The position numbers and the translations under genes were made by a program. Positions 20,604 to 30,420 of a stretch of 64,000 nt of DNA are shown piece after piece. The stretch's first letter is position 1, and each line of letters starts with the position of its first letter. This DNA is from Bacteroidales bacterium UBA1797 (lineage in GTDB: Bacteria; Bacteroidota; Bacteroidia; Bacteroidales; VadinHA17), in contig DCFT01000079.1 in assembly GCA_002319885.1 (NCBI GenBank), positions 18,658-82,657 of the forward strand, written 5' to 3'. The notes below the pieces were generated by a model. It saw nothing but the letters and a program-made list of their open reading frames with translations. It did no database searches and was not told where the DNA came from.

Positions 20604-22172
20604 TTATTTTGTAAGCTCCAATACAACCACCGACTTGGATGGCATTACAATACTCAATATTCCATCTTTCAGCGAAAATCCGTTAAAGACAACGGGTTTT
20701 ACTGTTTCTGGTTTTTCAAAACTGTTGTATGAATTCATTTCAGGTGCAGTCAGCACTTCGCCTGTAACTTTTTTATAAGTGTCACCAATTACAGGACATG
20801 TTATTGTGATCTGTTTACCAGGGTTAAGGTTTGCAAGCGAGATATGAACTTTGCCCTCATTGTCAACTGATGCAGAGGCTGATATAGAGGGTATCTTTTT
20901 ATTGCTAAAAGTATAATCCTCGCATTTAAGGTCAAGGTTTAAAAGCTTTGCTTCCTGGTGAATCCTAAACATTTTAAAGACCCAATAAGTTGGTGTAAGA
21001 ACCATTTTATCATCCTTTGTAAGAATAACAGATTGAAGGACATTAACCATTTGTGCTATGTTTGCAGCTTTCACTCTGTCGGCATGCTGATTGAATATAT
21101 TCAGATGAATTGCAGCAGTTATGGCATCACGCATAGTATTCTGCTGATAAAGAAAGCTCGGGTTTGTTCCTGGTTCAACATTAAACCAGTTTCCCCATTC
21201 ATCAACTACAAGTCCCTTTGTTTTCTCAGGGTCATAACGATCCATGATGTCAGAATGTCCTTTAATTATGTTGTCCATCTGCAGATTTAGCCGAAATGTC
21301 TCGAACCATTCTCTCTCATCGAACTGAGTAGCCGAACCTTTATAATTCCAACCATCAACAATTGAATAATAATGTATCGATAATCCCTGAAACATTGACC
21401 TCGAGCCTGCGTCTTTCATCAATGTTTCAGTCCATTCGAAATTGTAATCGGAAGGCCCGCAGGCAACTCTGTAAAGCTGATTTCCGGAGTAGTTGCCAAG
21501 GAATGTTGAATACTGTTTCATGGTGTTGGTGTAAAATTCAGCTGTCATATTTCCTCCGCAGCCCCAGTTTTCGTTTCCTATGGCAAAATATTTTACTTTC
21601 CAGGGTTTCTCCCGCCCATTTTCCTTCCTAAGGTTAGTCATTGGGCTTATTGCATCAGAAGTAAGATATTGAATCCAGTCAGACATCTCTTTTACTGACC
21701 CTGATCCGACATTACCGTTTATGTATGCGTCGCAGCCAAGCAGTTCGGTAAGCTTCATGAACTCATCAGTTCCAAAAGAATTATCCTCTGTAACACCTCC
21801 CCAGGTCGTGTTCACAATAGAAGCTCGTTTTTCTTTCGGACCAATACCATCTTTCCAGTGGTATGTATCTGCAAAGCAACCTCCGGGCCATCTAAGGTTG
21901 GGAACTTTAATCTCACGAAGAGCAAACAGAACATCATTTCTGATACCATAGGTATTCGGAATTTTAGAATCAGTACCTACCCACAGACCACCGTAGATAC
22001 AGGCACCCAGGTGCTCTGAAAAATGTCCATAAATATCTTTACTGATAACAGGACCAGGATGATTTGCAACAATAACCATCTGGTTAACCTGTGCCTGATT
22101 TTCTTTCTGAGCATCGGACTGAGAACCGGCTATAAAGAATAAAAGAAATAAAAGAAAGATAGATTTTTTCAT
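20604..22172 (-). CDS. GH51 alpha-L-arabinofuranosidase
   Basis: 522 aa with a signal peptide. IYGHFSEHLGACIYGGLWVG, NLRWPGGCFADTYHWKDGIGP, FAIGNENWGCGG (acid/base Glu), VVDEWGNW (nucleophile Glu region). Confidence 0.9.
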   Translation of the reverse strand: MKKSIFLLFLLFFIAGSQSDAQKENQAQVNQMVIVANHPGPVISKDIYGHFSEHLGACIYGGLWVGTDSKIPNTYGIRNDVLFALREIKVPNLRWPGGCFADTYHWKDGIGPKEKRASIVNTTWGGVTEDNSFGTDEFMKLTELLGCDAYINGNVGSGSVKEMSDWIQYLTSDAISPMTNLRKENGREKPWKVKYFAIGNENWGCGGNMTAEFYTNTMKQYSTFLGNYSGNQLYRVACGPSDYNFEWTETLMKDAGSRSMFQGLSIHYYSIVDGWNYKGSATQFDEREWFETFRLNLQMDNIIKGHSDIMDRYDPEKTKGLVVDEWGNWFNVEPGTNPSFLYQQNTMRDAITAAIHLNIFNQHADRVKAANIAQMVNVLQSVILTKDDKMVLTPTYWVFKMFRIHQEAKLLNLDLKCEDYTFSNKKIPSISASASVDNEGKVHISLANLNPGKQITITCPVIGDTYKKVTGEVLTAPEMNSYNSFEKPETVKPVVFNGFSLKDGILSIVMPSKSVVVLELTK

Positions 22173-22250
22173 AGGAAGAAAAGTTTATATCTGGTAATTA
22201 ATCCAACTTTATCCAATCTGTCAATTTGAGTGTTTCATTAAGCATTCATT

Positions 22251-22313
22251 TGTGTCCCTTCGTGGTAAATAATTAACCAAAACAGATATTCAAATGACTT
22301 CACAAAGGACACA
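22251..22313. repeat. REP-like CACAAAG/CTTCGTG hairpin element (copy 1)
   Basis: tgtgtcccttcgtgg (22251-22265) is the imperfect inverted partner of cacaaaggacaca (22301-22313). It lies between the araB stop and the GH51 start. Confidence 0.6.
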
Positions 22314-22321
22314 GAAGTGTT

Positions 22322-23998
22322 TTAAAAAGTAAAATTTTCTTCAACCAGTTTGCCAAGATACACATATTTTCTAAAGAGAGTCTCATACTTTTCAGCTCTG
22401 ACAGGATCAGGCCGATACTCTTTTTCAAAACCGCCGCCCATGGCTTTCTGTGCTGATGGAATGTCTTCATAGATTCCGGCCACAACCGACGCAGACATTG
22501 CTGAACCCAGAGCACAGGTCTGCTCGGATGCGGCAACTTTGATAGGCATATTGAGAACATCTGCAACTATTTGCATTACAAAAGGGTTTTTCTTTGCAAC
22601 ACCTCCTATTGCTATCACTCCGTCAATACGGATACCTTCAGAGATAAAACGTTCATTAATCAGCTTTGATCCAAAAGCTGTTGCCTCTACAAGTGCTTTA
22701 AAGATCCTGGGTGCATCAGACCCCAGTGATAAACCTGTAATTGCGCCTTTAAGAGCCTGATTTGCATCGGGCGTACGTCTGCCATTCATCCAGTCAAGAG
22801 CAATGACAGATGTTTCTTCGATGGGTAATGATTCTGCCTGTTTACTTAATTCTGAAATTAACTTATCAGCAACTTCTCCTGTTATCTTTTCCTTTGATTT
22901 TACATCGAGCCAGCTCATCTCAGAAATAATATTATTTACCGGCCACATTAATAATTTGCCAAACCATGCATAAATATCTCCAAACGCTGATTGTCCTGCT
23001 TCGAGACCAACCATCCCAGGAATTATTGATCCGTTCACCTGGCCACAGATTCCGGCGACAAGCTTATTCCCAACTTCATTATGAGGTGCAACGATCATAT
23101 CGCAGGTTGAAGTTCCCATTACTTTTACCAGTTGATAAGGTTTTATCTCACCTCCGACTGCACCTGTGTGAGCATCAAAAGTACCGGCACCAATTTTTAC
23201 ATCAGTTGACAGACCTAGTCGTGCTGCCCATTCAGGAGAAAGACTGCCAACTACTGTCTCACTGGTATATGTTTGAGTGTAAAGTCTTTCTCTGAGACCT
23301 GATAGTAAGGGATCGAGTTTTACAAGAAACCTTTCATCGGGCAATCCGTTAAAATCATCATGCCACATCGCTTTATGTCCTGCTGCACAACGACTTCTTT
23401 TCAATTGAAGAGGATTCGTATTGCCTGTCAGCAACCCTGGTATCCAGTCGCAGTGCTCAACCCATGACCAGGCATTTTCTCTTACAATTTCACTAGTACG
23501 CAGAACATGCAATATTTTGGCCCAGAACCATTCCGATGAATAAATTCCACCTTCAAATTTTGTAAAATCAATGCCACCCCAGGTCTTTGCAAGGTCATTG
23601 ATCTCGCCCGCTTCTCCGACAGCCGTATGATCTTTCCATATCACGAACATAGCATCGGGATTATTCTCAAAATCTTTTTTTAAGGAAAGAGGTGTTCCAT
23701 CCTTATCGACAGCCACAGGTGTAGAACCGGTAGTATCTATATTAATTCCTGCGATGTTTCCTGTAACCTCCTCACTTAAACCTGAAAGAGCACCTCTCAC
23801 AGATTGTTCGAGACCCTCAATATAATCCAGAGGATGTTGGCGGAACTGATTTATTAAAGGGTTGCAAAAGAGGCCTTTCTTCCATCGCGGATACTCAAAT
23901 ACGGAACTGCCCAGTATTTCTCCATTAGTTGTATCAACAACAACTGAACGGACAGAGTCAGTACCGTAATCAATCCCGATAACATATTTTTTTGCCAT
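22322..23998 (-). CDS. araB: L-ribulokinase
   Basis: 558 aa FGGY kinase. N-terminus MAKKYVIGIDYGTDSVRSVVVD, length and collinearity typical of AraB. Sits within the araA/araD cluster. Confidence 0.9.
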   Translation of the reverse strand: MAKKYVIGIDYGTDSVRSVVVDTTNGEILGSSVFEYPRWKKGLFCNPLINQFRQHPLDYIEGLEQSVRGALSGLSEEVTGNIAGINIDTTGSTPVAVDKDGTPLSLKKDFENNPDAMFVIWKDHTAVGEAGEINDLAKTWGGIDFTKFEGGIYSSEWFWAKILHVLRTSEIVRENAWSWVEHCDWIPGLLTGNTNPLQLKRSRCAAGHKAMWHDDFNGLPDERFLVKLDPLLSGLRERLYTQTYTSETVVGSLSPEWAARLGLSTDVKIGAGTFDAHTGAVGGEIKPYQLVKVMGTSTCDMIVAPHNEVGNKLVAGICGQVNGSIIPGMVGLEAGQSAFGDIYAWFGKLLMWPVNNIISEMSWLDVKSKEKITGEVADKLISELSKQAESLPIEETSVIALDWMNGRRTPDANQALKGAITGLSLGSDAPRIFKALVEATAFGSKLINERFISEGIRIDGVIAIGGVAKKNPFVMQIVADVLNMPIKVAASEQTCALGSAMSASVVAGIYEDIPSAQKAMGGGFEKEYRPDPVRAEKYETLFRKYVYLGKLVEENFTF

Positions 23999-24063
23999 GT
24001 CTTATAAATATTATTAATTCTCTTAGCTCTGTAAAGTCCCACTGACTTTTAAAAAAAAATCCA

Positions 24064-24152
24064 TTAACCACAAAGGGCTCAAAGGTTAACACAAAGATCA
24101 CAAAGAAAAGCTATGTGTGCTTTGAGCCTTCCTCGTGCCCTTCGTGGTTAAA
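24064..24152. repeat. REP-like CACAAAG hairpin element (copy 2), about 85-nt imperfect palindrome
   Basis: aaccacaaagggc (24066-24078) pairs with gcccttcgtggtt (24137-24149). gctcaaag pairs with ctttgagc. It contains the 18-mer aacacaaagatcacaaag (24088-24105), identical to 53304-53321. Confidence 0.75.
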
Positions 24153-24177
24153 GGTTTTTTAAAGAGCATATTTTAAA

Positions 24178-24876
24178 TTACTTTTTATCTTGTCCATAAT
24201 AAGCATTATTCCCATGTTTCCTTTTAAAATGCTTATCGAGCAGGAACTGGCTAATCGGTTCAGTTTTGCCAAGCAGAACAGTATAAAAAGCCATCTTAGC
24301 TATCTCCTCCAGAGCAACAGCATTATATACTGCTGCATCAGCATCCGATCCCCAGCAAAAAGGGCCATGGCCATTAACCAAAACTGAAGGAACAGTCATT
24401 GGATCGGTAGTCGTCAGACTTTCAATAATAATTTTCCCAGTATTGATTTCATAATCAGCTTCTGTTTCTATCCGGGTAAGTAATCTTGTGCATGGAACTT
24501 CCCCGGAAAAGTGATCGGCATGAGTCGTTCCAAAAGGTGGTATCGATCTGCCAGCCTGTGCCCATGATGTTGCATAAGAAGAATGGGTATGCACTATGCC
24601 TCCCAGTGATAAGTAAGTCTTGTATAGCAACAGGTGAGTTGGAGCATCAGTTGAAGGCTTAAATTTTCCTTCCACAATCTTTCCTTCATAATCGATGATA
24701 ACCATATCTTCAGGTTTCATCGACTCGTAGCTAACTCCTGATGGTTTTATAACTATCAGGCCGCTTTCCTTATCTCTTCCACTTACATTACCCCATGTGT
24801 GAATAACCAATCCCCTTGCTACCAGTTCAAGATTGGCTTTGAAAACCTTGATTTTTAATTCCTCAAGCATATACAT
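24178..24876 (-). CDS. araD: L-ribulose-5-phosphate 4-epimerase
   Basis: 232 aa class II aldolase/epimerase. TWGNVSGRD, GGIVHTHSSYATSWAQAG, THADHF. Confidence 0.9.
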   Translation of the reverse strand: MYMLEELKIKVFKANLELVARGLVIHTWGNVSGRDKESGLIVIKPSGVSYESMKPEDMVIIDYEGKIVEGKFKPSTDAPTHLLLYKTYLSLGGIVHTHSSYATSWAQAGRSIPPFGTTHADHFSGEVPCTRLLTRIETEADYEINTGKIIIESLTTTDPMTVPSVLVNGHGPFCWGSDADAAVYNAVALEEIAKMAFYTVLLGKTEPISQFLLDKHFKRKHGNNAYYGQDKK

Positions 24877-24921
24877 TTAACTTTAGGCATTCCAAACTCC
24901 TTAAACTTCAGGTACTTATTT

Positions 24922-25644
24922 CTAATTTACATCCATATTGAAGTAGAACCCATTCTCTTTTAATCTCTTGTAAGTGTCTTCATTAAATTTATAATAATAG
25001 GCACCTTTTTTTGAAGTCTCGCTCTCTTTTTCATCCAGTTTTTCCAGTATACCCATCGACAGTATCTTCTTCCTGAAATTTCTTTTATCAACTTTCCTCT
25101 GATAAATAGCTTCATAAAGATCCTGAAGCTGAACAAGTGTGAATTTATCAGGTAAAAGCTCAAAACCAACAGGTTTGAACATAACCTGATTCTGGAGATC
25201 CCTAAGGGCCCTGTTAACCATTAAAGGATGATCAAAGATCAGATCGGGTAATTTCGCCAGGGAACACCAGCTCACTCCGTTCTCCTCTGCAAGATCTTTA
25301 TCGATATCTGTTATAGGGATAAGTGCAAAGTAGGCAACTGAAATTACTCTGCTTCCCGGATCGCGATCGGTTTCTCCATAAGTAAAAGACTGTTTCATAT
25401 ATACAGGGTCGAGACCTGTTAGTTTCCTGAGAATTCTGCTGGCTGCGGCGTCGAGACTCTCATTATTGTCGACAAATCCACCGGCGAGAGACCATTTCCC
25501 TTTAGCCGGTTCAAACATCCGTTTAAATAGAAGAAGCTTTATTTCTTTTTCAAGAATATCGTACCCAAAGATGATACAATCAACTGCTACAAGATGTCTG
25601 GATTTATCAGAATAAACTTTCATCTTCCACGGAAAAGGTTCCAT
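24922..25644 (-). CDS. araR: Nudix-domain NrtR-family transcriptional regulator (Bacteroides AraR type)
   Basis: 240 aa. N-terminal Nudix fold (KWSLAGGFVDNNESLDAAASRILRKLTGL) and a C-terminal winged-helix-like tail (FTLVQLQDLYEAIYQRKVDKRNFRKKI). It sits between araA and araD, as in the Bacteroides thetaiotaomicron arabinose operon. Confidence 0.72.
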   Translation of the reverse strand: MEPFPWKMKVYSDKSRHLVAVDCIIFGYDILEKEIKLLLFKRMFEPAKGKWSLAGGFVDNNESLDAAASRILRKLTGLDPVYMKQSFTYGETDRDPGSRVISVAYFALIPITDIDKDLAEENGVSWCSLAKLPDLIFDHPLMVNRALRDLQNQVMFKPVGFELLPDKFTLVQLQDLYEAIYQRKVDKRNFRKKILSMGILEKLDEKESETSKKGAYYYKFNEDTYKRLKENGFYFNMDVN

Positions 25645-25675
25645 CAGATTAAGAAAAAGTAACTACTTCCTATAA

Positions 25676-27169
25676 TTAGAATATTCCTTCAGAAATATGA
25701 AAATATACTTCATTCCATCTTAATTCATTCCGTAAAGATGTAAGCTCGCATTTTTCATCTATAAGGATATATTCTATTCCCATCATTTCTGCAAAATCCT
25801 CAAGATATTCAGAATCAATTGCTGTACTGAATCCGGTATGATGAGCACCCCCTGCCAGTATCCAGGCAGCTGCACCTCTTTTCAGATCAGGCAATGGTTT
25901 CCATAGAACACTTGCCACGGGAAGATTTGGCATATCGGGACATTTAACGACTTCTACCTTGTTAACTATCATTCTGAACCTGTTTCCAAGATCGATAACA
26001 GAAACATTTATTGCATTTCCCGGGGCTGTTTTAAATACAAGCCTTGCCGGATCCTCTTTCCCTCCGATAGAGAGGGGATGAATTTCAACAGTAGGTTTAG
26101 CCAGGGCAATCGTTGGGCAAACCTCAAGCATATGTGCTCCAAGAACTCTCATGCCTTTCGGATCGAAATGATATGTGTAATCTTCCATAAAAGAAGTCCC
26201 ACCTTGAAGACCCATTGACATAACTTTCATTGAGCGTACCAGAGCAGCAGTTTTCCAGTCACCTTCAGCACCGAATCCGTACCCTTTAGCCATTAATCGC
26301 TGTACTGCAAGTCCGGGTAACTGCTTAAGTCCATAAAGATCTTCAAATGTTGTAGTAAAAGCTTTAAAGTTTCCTGCATTCAGGAAGGCTTCCATTCCCA
26401 GCTCAATTCTGGCGGCTTCTTTCAGGGTATCAGAAGAGGCAACAGCTTTGGTCAGATTATATTCGTCTCCATACTCTGCTATTAGTTTTTTAATTGCCGT
26501 AGGAGATATTTCGTTCACAGATTTTACGAGATCTCCTATTCCGAATCCGTAAACCGAATAACCCATTTTTATCTGGGCACTTACCTTGTTCCCTTCAGTG
26601 ACAGCCACATCGCGCATATTATCTCCAAATCTGGCGACTTTCATTGATAGGGCATCGTTGTACGCTGCTGCCGCTCTAATCCAAACTGCAATCCTGTCGA
26701 TAGCCTCGGGATCCTCGAAGTGGCCAACAACCACTTTTCTGTGCAGTCTCATCCTGGTATTGATAAACCCGAATTCCCTGTCACCATGTGCAGACTGGTT
26801 CAGGTTCATGAAATTCATGTCGATCGATTCCCATGGGATATCCCTGTTAAGCTGGGTATGAAAATGAAGAAAAGGCTTGTTAAGAATGGACAAGCTTCTT
26901 ATCCACATTTTGGCAGGCGAAAATGTATGCATCCAGGTTATAAGTCCTATGCAGTTTTTTGAGTTATTTGCCTCGGTACAAAGTTCAGTAATTGAATCAG
27001 GCGTTGTGAGGACAGGTTTAAAAACCACCTTTTGCATTATTTTTGGTGATTTGTCAAGTGACGAGGCTATTTTTGCAGAATCAAAAGCTACCTGCTTAAG
27101 GGTCTCCGGACCATAAAGATGCTGAGTACCCGTCACAAACCAGACTTCCAAAATATTTTTAGTCTCCAT
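25676..27169 (-). CDS. araA: L-arabinose isomerase
   Basis: The ORF track starts at 27193. I prefer the ATG at 27169 ([27 protein letters not shown]), which matches the usual AraA N-terminal spacing. Full-length collinear AraA. Confidence 0.92.
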   Translation of the reverse strand: METKNILEVWFVTGTQHLYGPETLKQVAFDSAKIASSLDKSPKIMQKVVFKPVLTTPDSITELCTEANNSKNCIGLITWMHTFSPAKMWIRSLSILNKPFLHFHTQLNRDIPWESIDMNFMNLNQSAHGDREFGFINTRMRLHRKVVVGHFEDPEAIDRIAVWIRAAAAYNDALSMKVARFGDNMRDVAVTEGNKVSAQIKMGYSVYGFGIGDLVKSVNEISPTAIKKLIAEYGDEYNLTKAVASSDTLKEAARIELGMEAFLNAGNFKAFTTTFEDLYGLKQLPGLAVQRLMAKGYGFGAEGDWKTAALVRSMKVMSMGLQGGTSFMEDYTYHFDPKGMRVLGAHMLEVCPTIALAKPTVEIHPLSIGGKEDPARLVFKTAPGNAINVSVIDLGNRFRMIVNKVEVVKCPDMPNLPVASVLWKPLPDLKRGAAAWILAGGAHHTGFSTAIDSEYLEDFAEMMGIEYILIDEKCELTSLRNELRWNEVYFHISEGIF

Positions 27170-27213
27170 AATTTCTAAAACAGATAAATTCATAAAACTT
27201 AAAACCCTGAATA

Positions 27214-28866
27214 CTACCAGAAATAAGCATAAAAGGCTACTATTACTATAATTATAAGTCCTGAGAATAGAAGATCCCAGTTATTCCAGCTCGCTCTGGT
27301 GATGGCTTTCTGTTCTGCAGTTGCCGATCCGAAATATAATCCCTTGATTGCTACCTGATCGGGTTTTGCTGTGCTAAAGCTTGTCACAATCATTATTAAA
27401 ATTACAAGGAAGAAGAGGGCTATTTCATAATGAAGCCAGTTTGGAGCAAGAAATACTTTATAAATCAAACTATCGTGACCAATTCCTGATCCAAATACCT
27501 TGAGAGCAAGACGTGTCATACCAAGGGTAAAGCCCGAGATTAGTCCTACAAGACCAGCCATAGGAGTAGTCTTTTTTGAAGCAACTCCTAACAAAAATAC
27601 GGCTGCAATGCCGGGTGCAAGAAGTGATTGTACATCCTGAAGATAGGCATATAGTACTTTACCAAGCCCTTTCATAACCGGAATCCATAAAATTCCCAGA
27701 ACTACAACAACAACTGTTGCAATCCGGCCAACTCTTACGAGCTCTTTTTCAGGAGCCTTAGGTTTGAATTTTAAATAAAAATCAACAGTGAAAAGTGTGG
27801 CAGATGAGTTGAATAAAGATGCAAGAGAACTCATTAAAGCTGCAAGGATCCCTCCGACTACCAATCCTTTAAATCCCAAAGGGAGCAATTCTTTCACAAG
27901 TATTGAAAATGCCGCGTCAGAACTTGTAAGATTGATCATGCCCTTTGCATTAAGAGAATAAGCTATCATACCCGGGATAAGAAAAATGAACACCGGAGTT
28001 AGTTTAAAAGCAGCTCCCAAAATAGCACCACGACGCGATTCTTGCTGATTGCGTCCTGAAAGGACCCTTTGAACAATAAACTGATCGGTACACCAGTACC
28101 AGAATCCAATAATTGCAGAACCAAGGATTACCCCCGTCCAGGGATATTCAGGGTCACTAGCCGATCGCATTAATTGGGTCATTGTATTTCCGGCAGAATT
28201 CACGGGCACAGCCCTGCAAATAGTCATCATTTCATGCCAGCCTCCGAGTTTTATAAGCCCTATAACCAGTACTGCCAGCGAACCTATAAGCAGAATTGGA
28301 GTCTGCAGTACCGAAGTCCATAAGACAGCTTTCATCCCTCCGAGGGTAGTATAAATTCCAGTTAATACAACCAAACCTACAGCGCTTATCCAGAAAAAAT
28401 CTATACCAAACATCGATTCAATTCCAAAAACCTGTTTGAATACAATTCCTCCTGCATAGACTGTTACAGCTACTTTTGTAAAAACATAGCTTACCAGTGA
28501 GATTATTGATAAAACACTTCTGGACCCTTTATTATAACGTTTTTCAAGAAATTCCGGCATTGTAAATACTCCGCTCCTGGCATAAAAAGGGACAAAAAAC
28601 CAACCCAGGATCAGTATGATCCAGCCATGCATCTCCCAGTGAGCCATTGCCATACCACTTGAAGCACCTGCCCCAGCCAACCCAACCAGGTGTTCTGAGC
28701 CGATGTTGGATGCAAAAATTGATGATCCTATTGCAAGCCATGTCGCATCACGTCCGGCCAGGAAGTAGTCAGTTGAGGTTTCATCTTTTTGTCTGACTAC
28801 CCAGATAATTATACCTATCAGTCCCAGGCAAAAGATTCCCAGTACGATCCAATCTAATGTTCCCAT
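27214..28866 (-). CDS. Sodium:solute symporter (SSF/SGLT family), probable arabinose/pentose importer
   Basis: 550 aa, about 13-14 TM spans. [23 protein letters not shown]. First gene of the ara block. Confidence 0.85.
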   Translation of the reverse strand: MGTLDWIVLGIFCLGLIGIIIWVVRQKDETSTDYFLAGRDATWLAIGSSIFASNIGSEHLVGLAGAGASSGMAMAHWEMHGWIILILGWFFVPFYARSGVFTMPEFLEKRYNKGSRSVLSIISLVSYVFTKVAVTVYAGGIVFKQVFGIESMFGIDFFWISAVGLVVLTGIYTTLGGMKAVLWTSVLQTPILLIGSLAVLVIGLIKLGGWHEMMTICRAVPVNSAGNTMTQLMRSASDPEYPWTGVILGSAIIGFWYWCTDQFIVQRVLSGRNQQESRRGAILGAAFKLTPVFIFLIPGMIAYSLNAKGMINLTSSDAAFSILVKELLPLGFKGLVVGGILAALMSSLASLFNSSATLFTVDFYLKFKPKAPEKELVRVGRIATVVVVVLGILWIPVMKGLGKVLYAYLQDVQSLLAPGIAAVFLLGVASKKTTPMAGLVGLISGFTLGMTRLALKVFGSGIGHDSLIYKVFLAPNWLHYEIALFFLVILIMIVTSFSTAKPDQVAIKGLYFGSATAEQKAITRASWNNWDLLFSGLIIIVIVAFYAYFW

Positions 28867-28950
28867 AATAAGTACTTTTTGATAATATTAATAACCAGGT
28901 TTTATAAAAAATATAAGTAAGTTCTGATCAGGAAGAATATATTGTAATCT

Positions 28951-28993
28951 TAGAGAACCTTTTTGAGTTTTTGAAATGTTCTCAACAAATTTA
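28951..28993 (-). promoter_or_regulatory. Candidate ara-operon promoter (-7 box) with an overlapping inverted repeat (possible operator)
   Basis: The reverse strand reads TAAATTTG (28986-28993), followed at once by TTGAGAAC-n19-GGTTCTCTA (arms 28978-28985 and 28951-28958, 7 of 8 complementary). About 120 nt upstream of the symporter ATG. Confidence 0.3.
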
Positions 28994-29065
28994 TGAAATT
29001 AAATTTAAATGTAAAGAATACACTTAAAAAATAATTGAGCTCAAAAAAAAATAATTCCAGGGGTT

Positions 29066-29230
29066 ATATCCCACTGAAGTTATTGTGTTCAGAGTTACTC
29101 CTGCTCTTCAAAAATATTCTGTTTAGAAATATTAATCGACGTCTGCTGTTGATGAAGGATATCCCTCTGAAGTATTTGGTTCAAAGATATAAGGTCACAT
29201 GTACCGCAGAGAAGGGATATCCCCCTGAAG
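29066..29230. repeat. Three direct copies of ATATCCCNCTGAAG in a non-coding gap
   Basis: Copies at 29066-29079 (atatcccactgaag), 29159-29172 (atatccctctgaag) and 29217-29230 (atatccccctgaag). The first two extend to about 35 nt of similarity (…ctgaagtWWttgKgttcaRag). Confidence 0.55.
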
Positions 29231-29285
29231 GAGGATTAATATTGTTATGCTTAGAGTAATTAAGGCTAATTTGAGAAAGCTTAAC

Positions 29286-30098
29286 CTAATTAGAGACTGG
29301 TTCTGACTTCCATTCTTCGAGTGAGGATTTGATAAAATCGATGATCCTCTGATTTTCCTCTTTACCGTTACCGGTAATCTTCAATGGCTCACCAAACTTA
29401 ATATATATTTGTTTCCGGTGATCAAGCGGACCAAGTTCTTTAATCAGTTTCCCATTACCCCAGAAATCTGTTTTTAAAGCTATGGGAATAACGTCAACAT
29501 GTGCTTTTTTCGCCAGTTTTACGCCGAGGGAATTGAACTCCTCAGGCTTAAACTCAACACTTCTTGTGCTCTGAGGAAAAATTACTATTGAAATTCCTTT
29601 CTTCAGCAGCTCTGTGCCACCTTCCATAACTGCTTCAAGATCTTTCCTCGGATCAGTTCTTCCAACTACAATAGGATTCCGCGACCTCATAACATCACCG
29701 AAAAGCGGATGTTTTACCAGACTCTCTTTTACGACGAAGGTCAACTCCTTGTGCGGGCCGATAATAGATGGTAAAATCATGGTTTCAAGCGTGCTCATGT
29801 GATTACTGATGAAGAGAACGGAACCAGGTGACCGGGTAATATTTCCCATGCCCGTAATATGGAATATTCCGCCTGCATTTTCGATGAACCTTAGAATTTC
29901 AAATGAAGAATCGGTCCATGCTTTTGTATCATATACTTTCCTAATGGCTTCTTTCCTTGTTCGAAGAACAATAGAAGCATATTTGAATGTAAAGTAAATC
30001 CTGCTATCAATGAGTGATTTTTCAAAGATAGACAGAGTCTCCTTACGGGGAGAATGATAAGTATCCGATTCAAAATAACCTTTATACATTGTGATCAT
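29286..30098 (-). CDS. Lysophospholipid (1-acyl-glycerol-3-phosphate-type) acyltransferase family protein
   Basis: 270 aa. LPLAT block I variant FISNHMSTLE (H-x4-E) and block III-like IFPQSTRS. Confidence 0.75.
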   Translation of the reverse strand: MITMYKGYFESDTYHSPRKETLSIFEKSLIDSRIYFTFKYASIVLRTRKEAIRKVYDTKAWTDSSFEILRFIENAGGIFHITGMGNITRSPGSVLFISNHMSTLETMILPSIIGPHKELTFVVKESLVKHPLFGDVMRSRNPIVVGRTDPRKDLEAVMEGGTELLKKGISIVIFPQSTRSVEFKPEEFNSLGVKLAKKAHVDVIPIALKTDFWGNGKLIKELGPLDHRKQIYIKFGEPLKITGNGKEENQRIIDFIKSSLEEWKSEPVSN

Positions 30099-30420
30099 AG
30101 AAGAAGCTAATTTTCAATTCCAAAAAGAGTACAGTGTTTAAGATGGTGATGTAAAGTTAATCTCATTTTCAATATTTAAAAACTATGGAGCTTCCGGAAT
30201 TTACCCGTTAATGATTTAGATTATCAAATTTTAATGCATGTTCGGTTTACAAACCTATCATTTAAAATAAGTGTGTTTAACAGGCAGATGTGTATGCCTG
30301 AGGTTAAACCGGATTTATACGGAGGAGTTATTGGTTCATCGGATATCATTACTCCATCGGATATAAATTATGATGGCTGCCAGATCACCTGTGAACTTGT
30401 AGGGTCAGAAATAATTGAAA

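Noticed and set aside
29035-29259. 74-aa ORF spanning the ATATCCCNCTGAAG repeats
   Set aside because: It has a TTG start, no signal or domain features, and its apparent periodicity simply reflects the DNA repeat. I treated it as non-coding repeat DNA.
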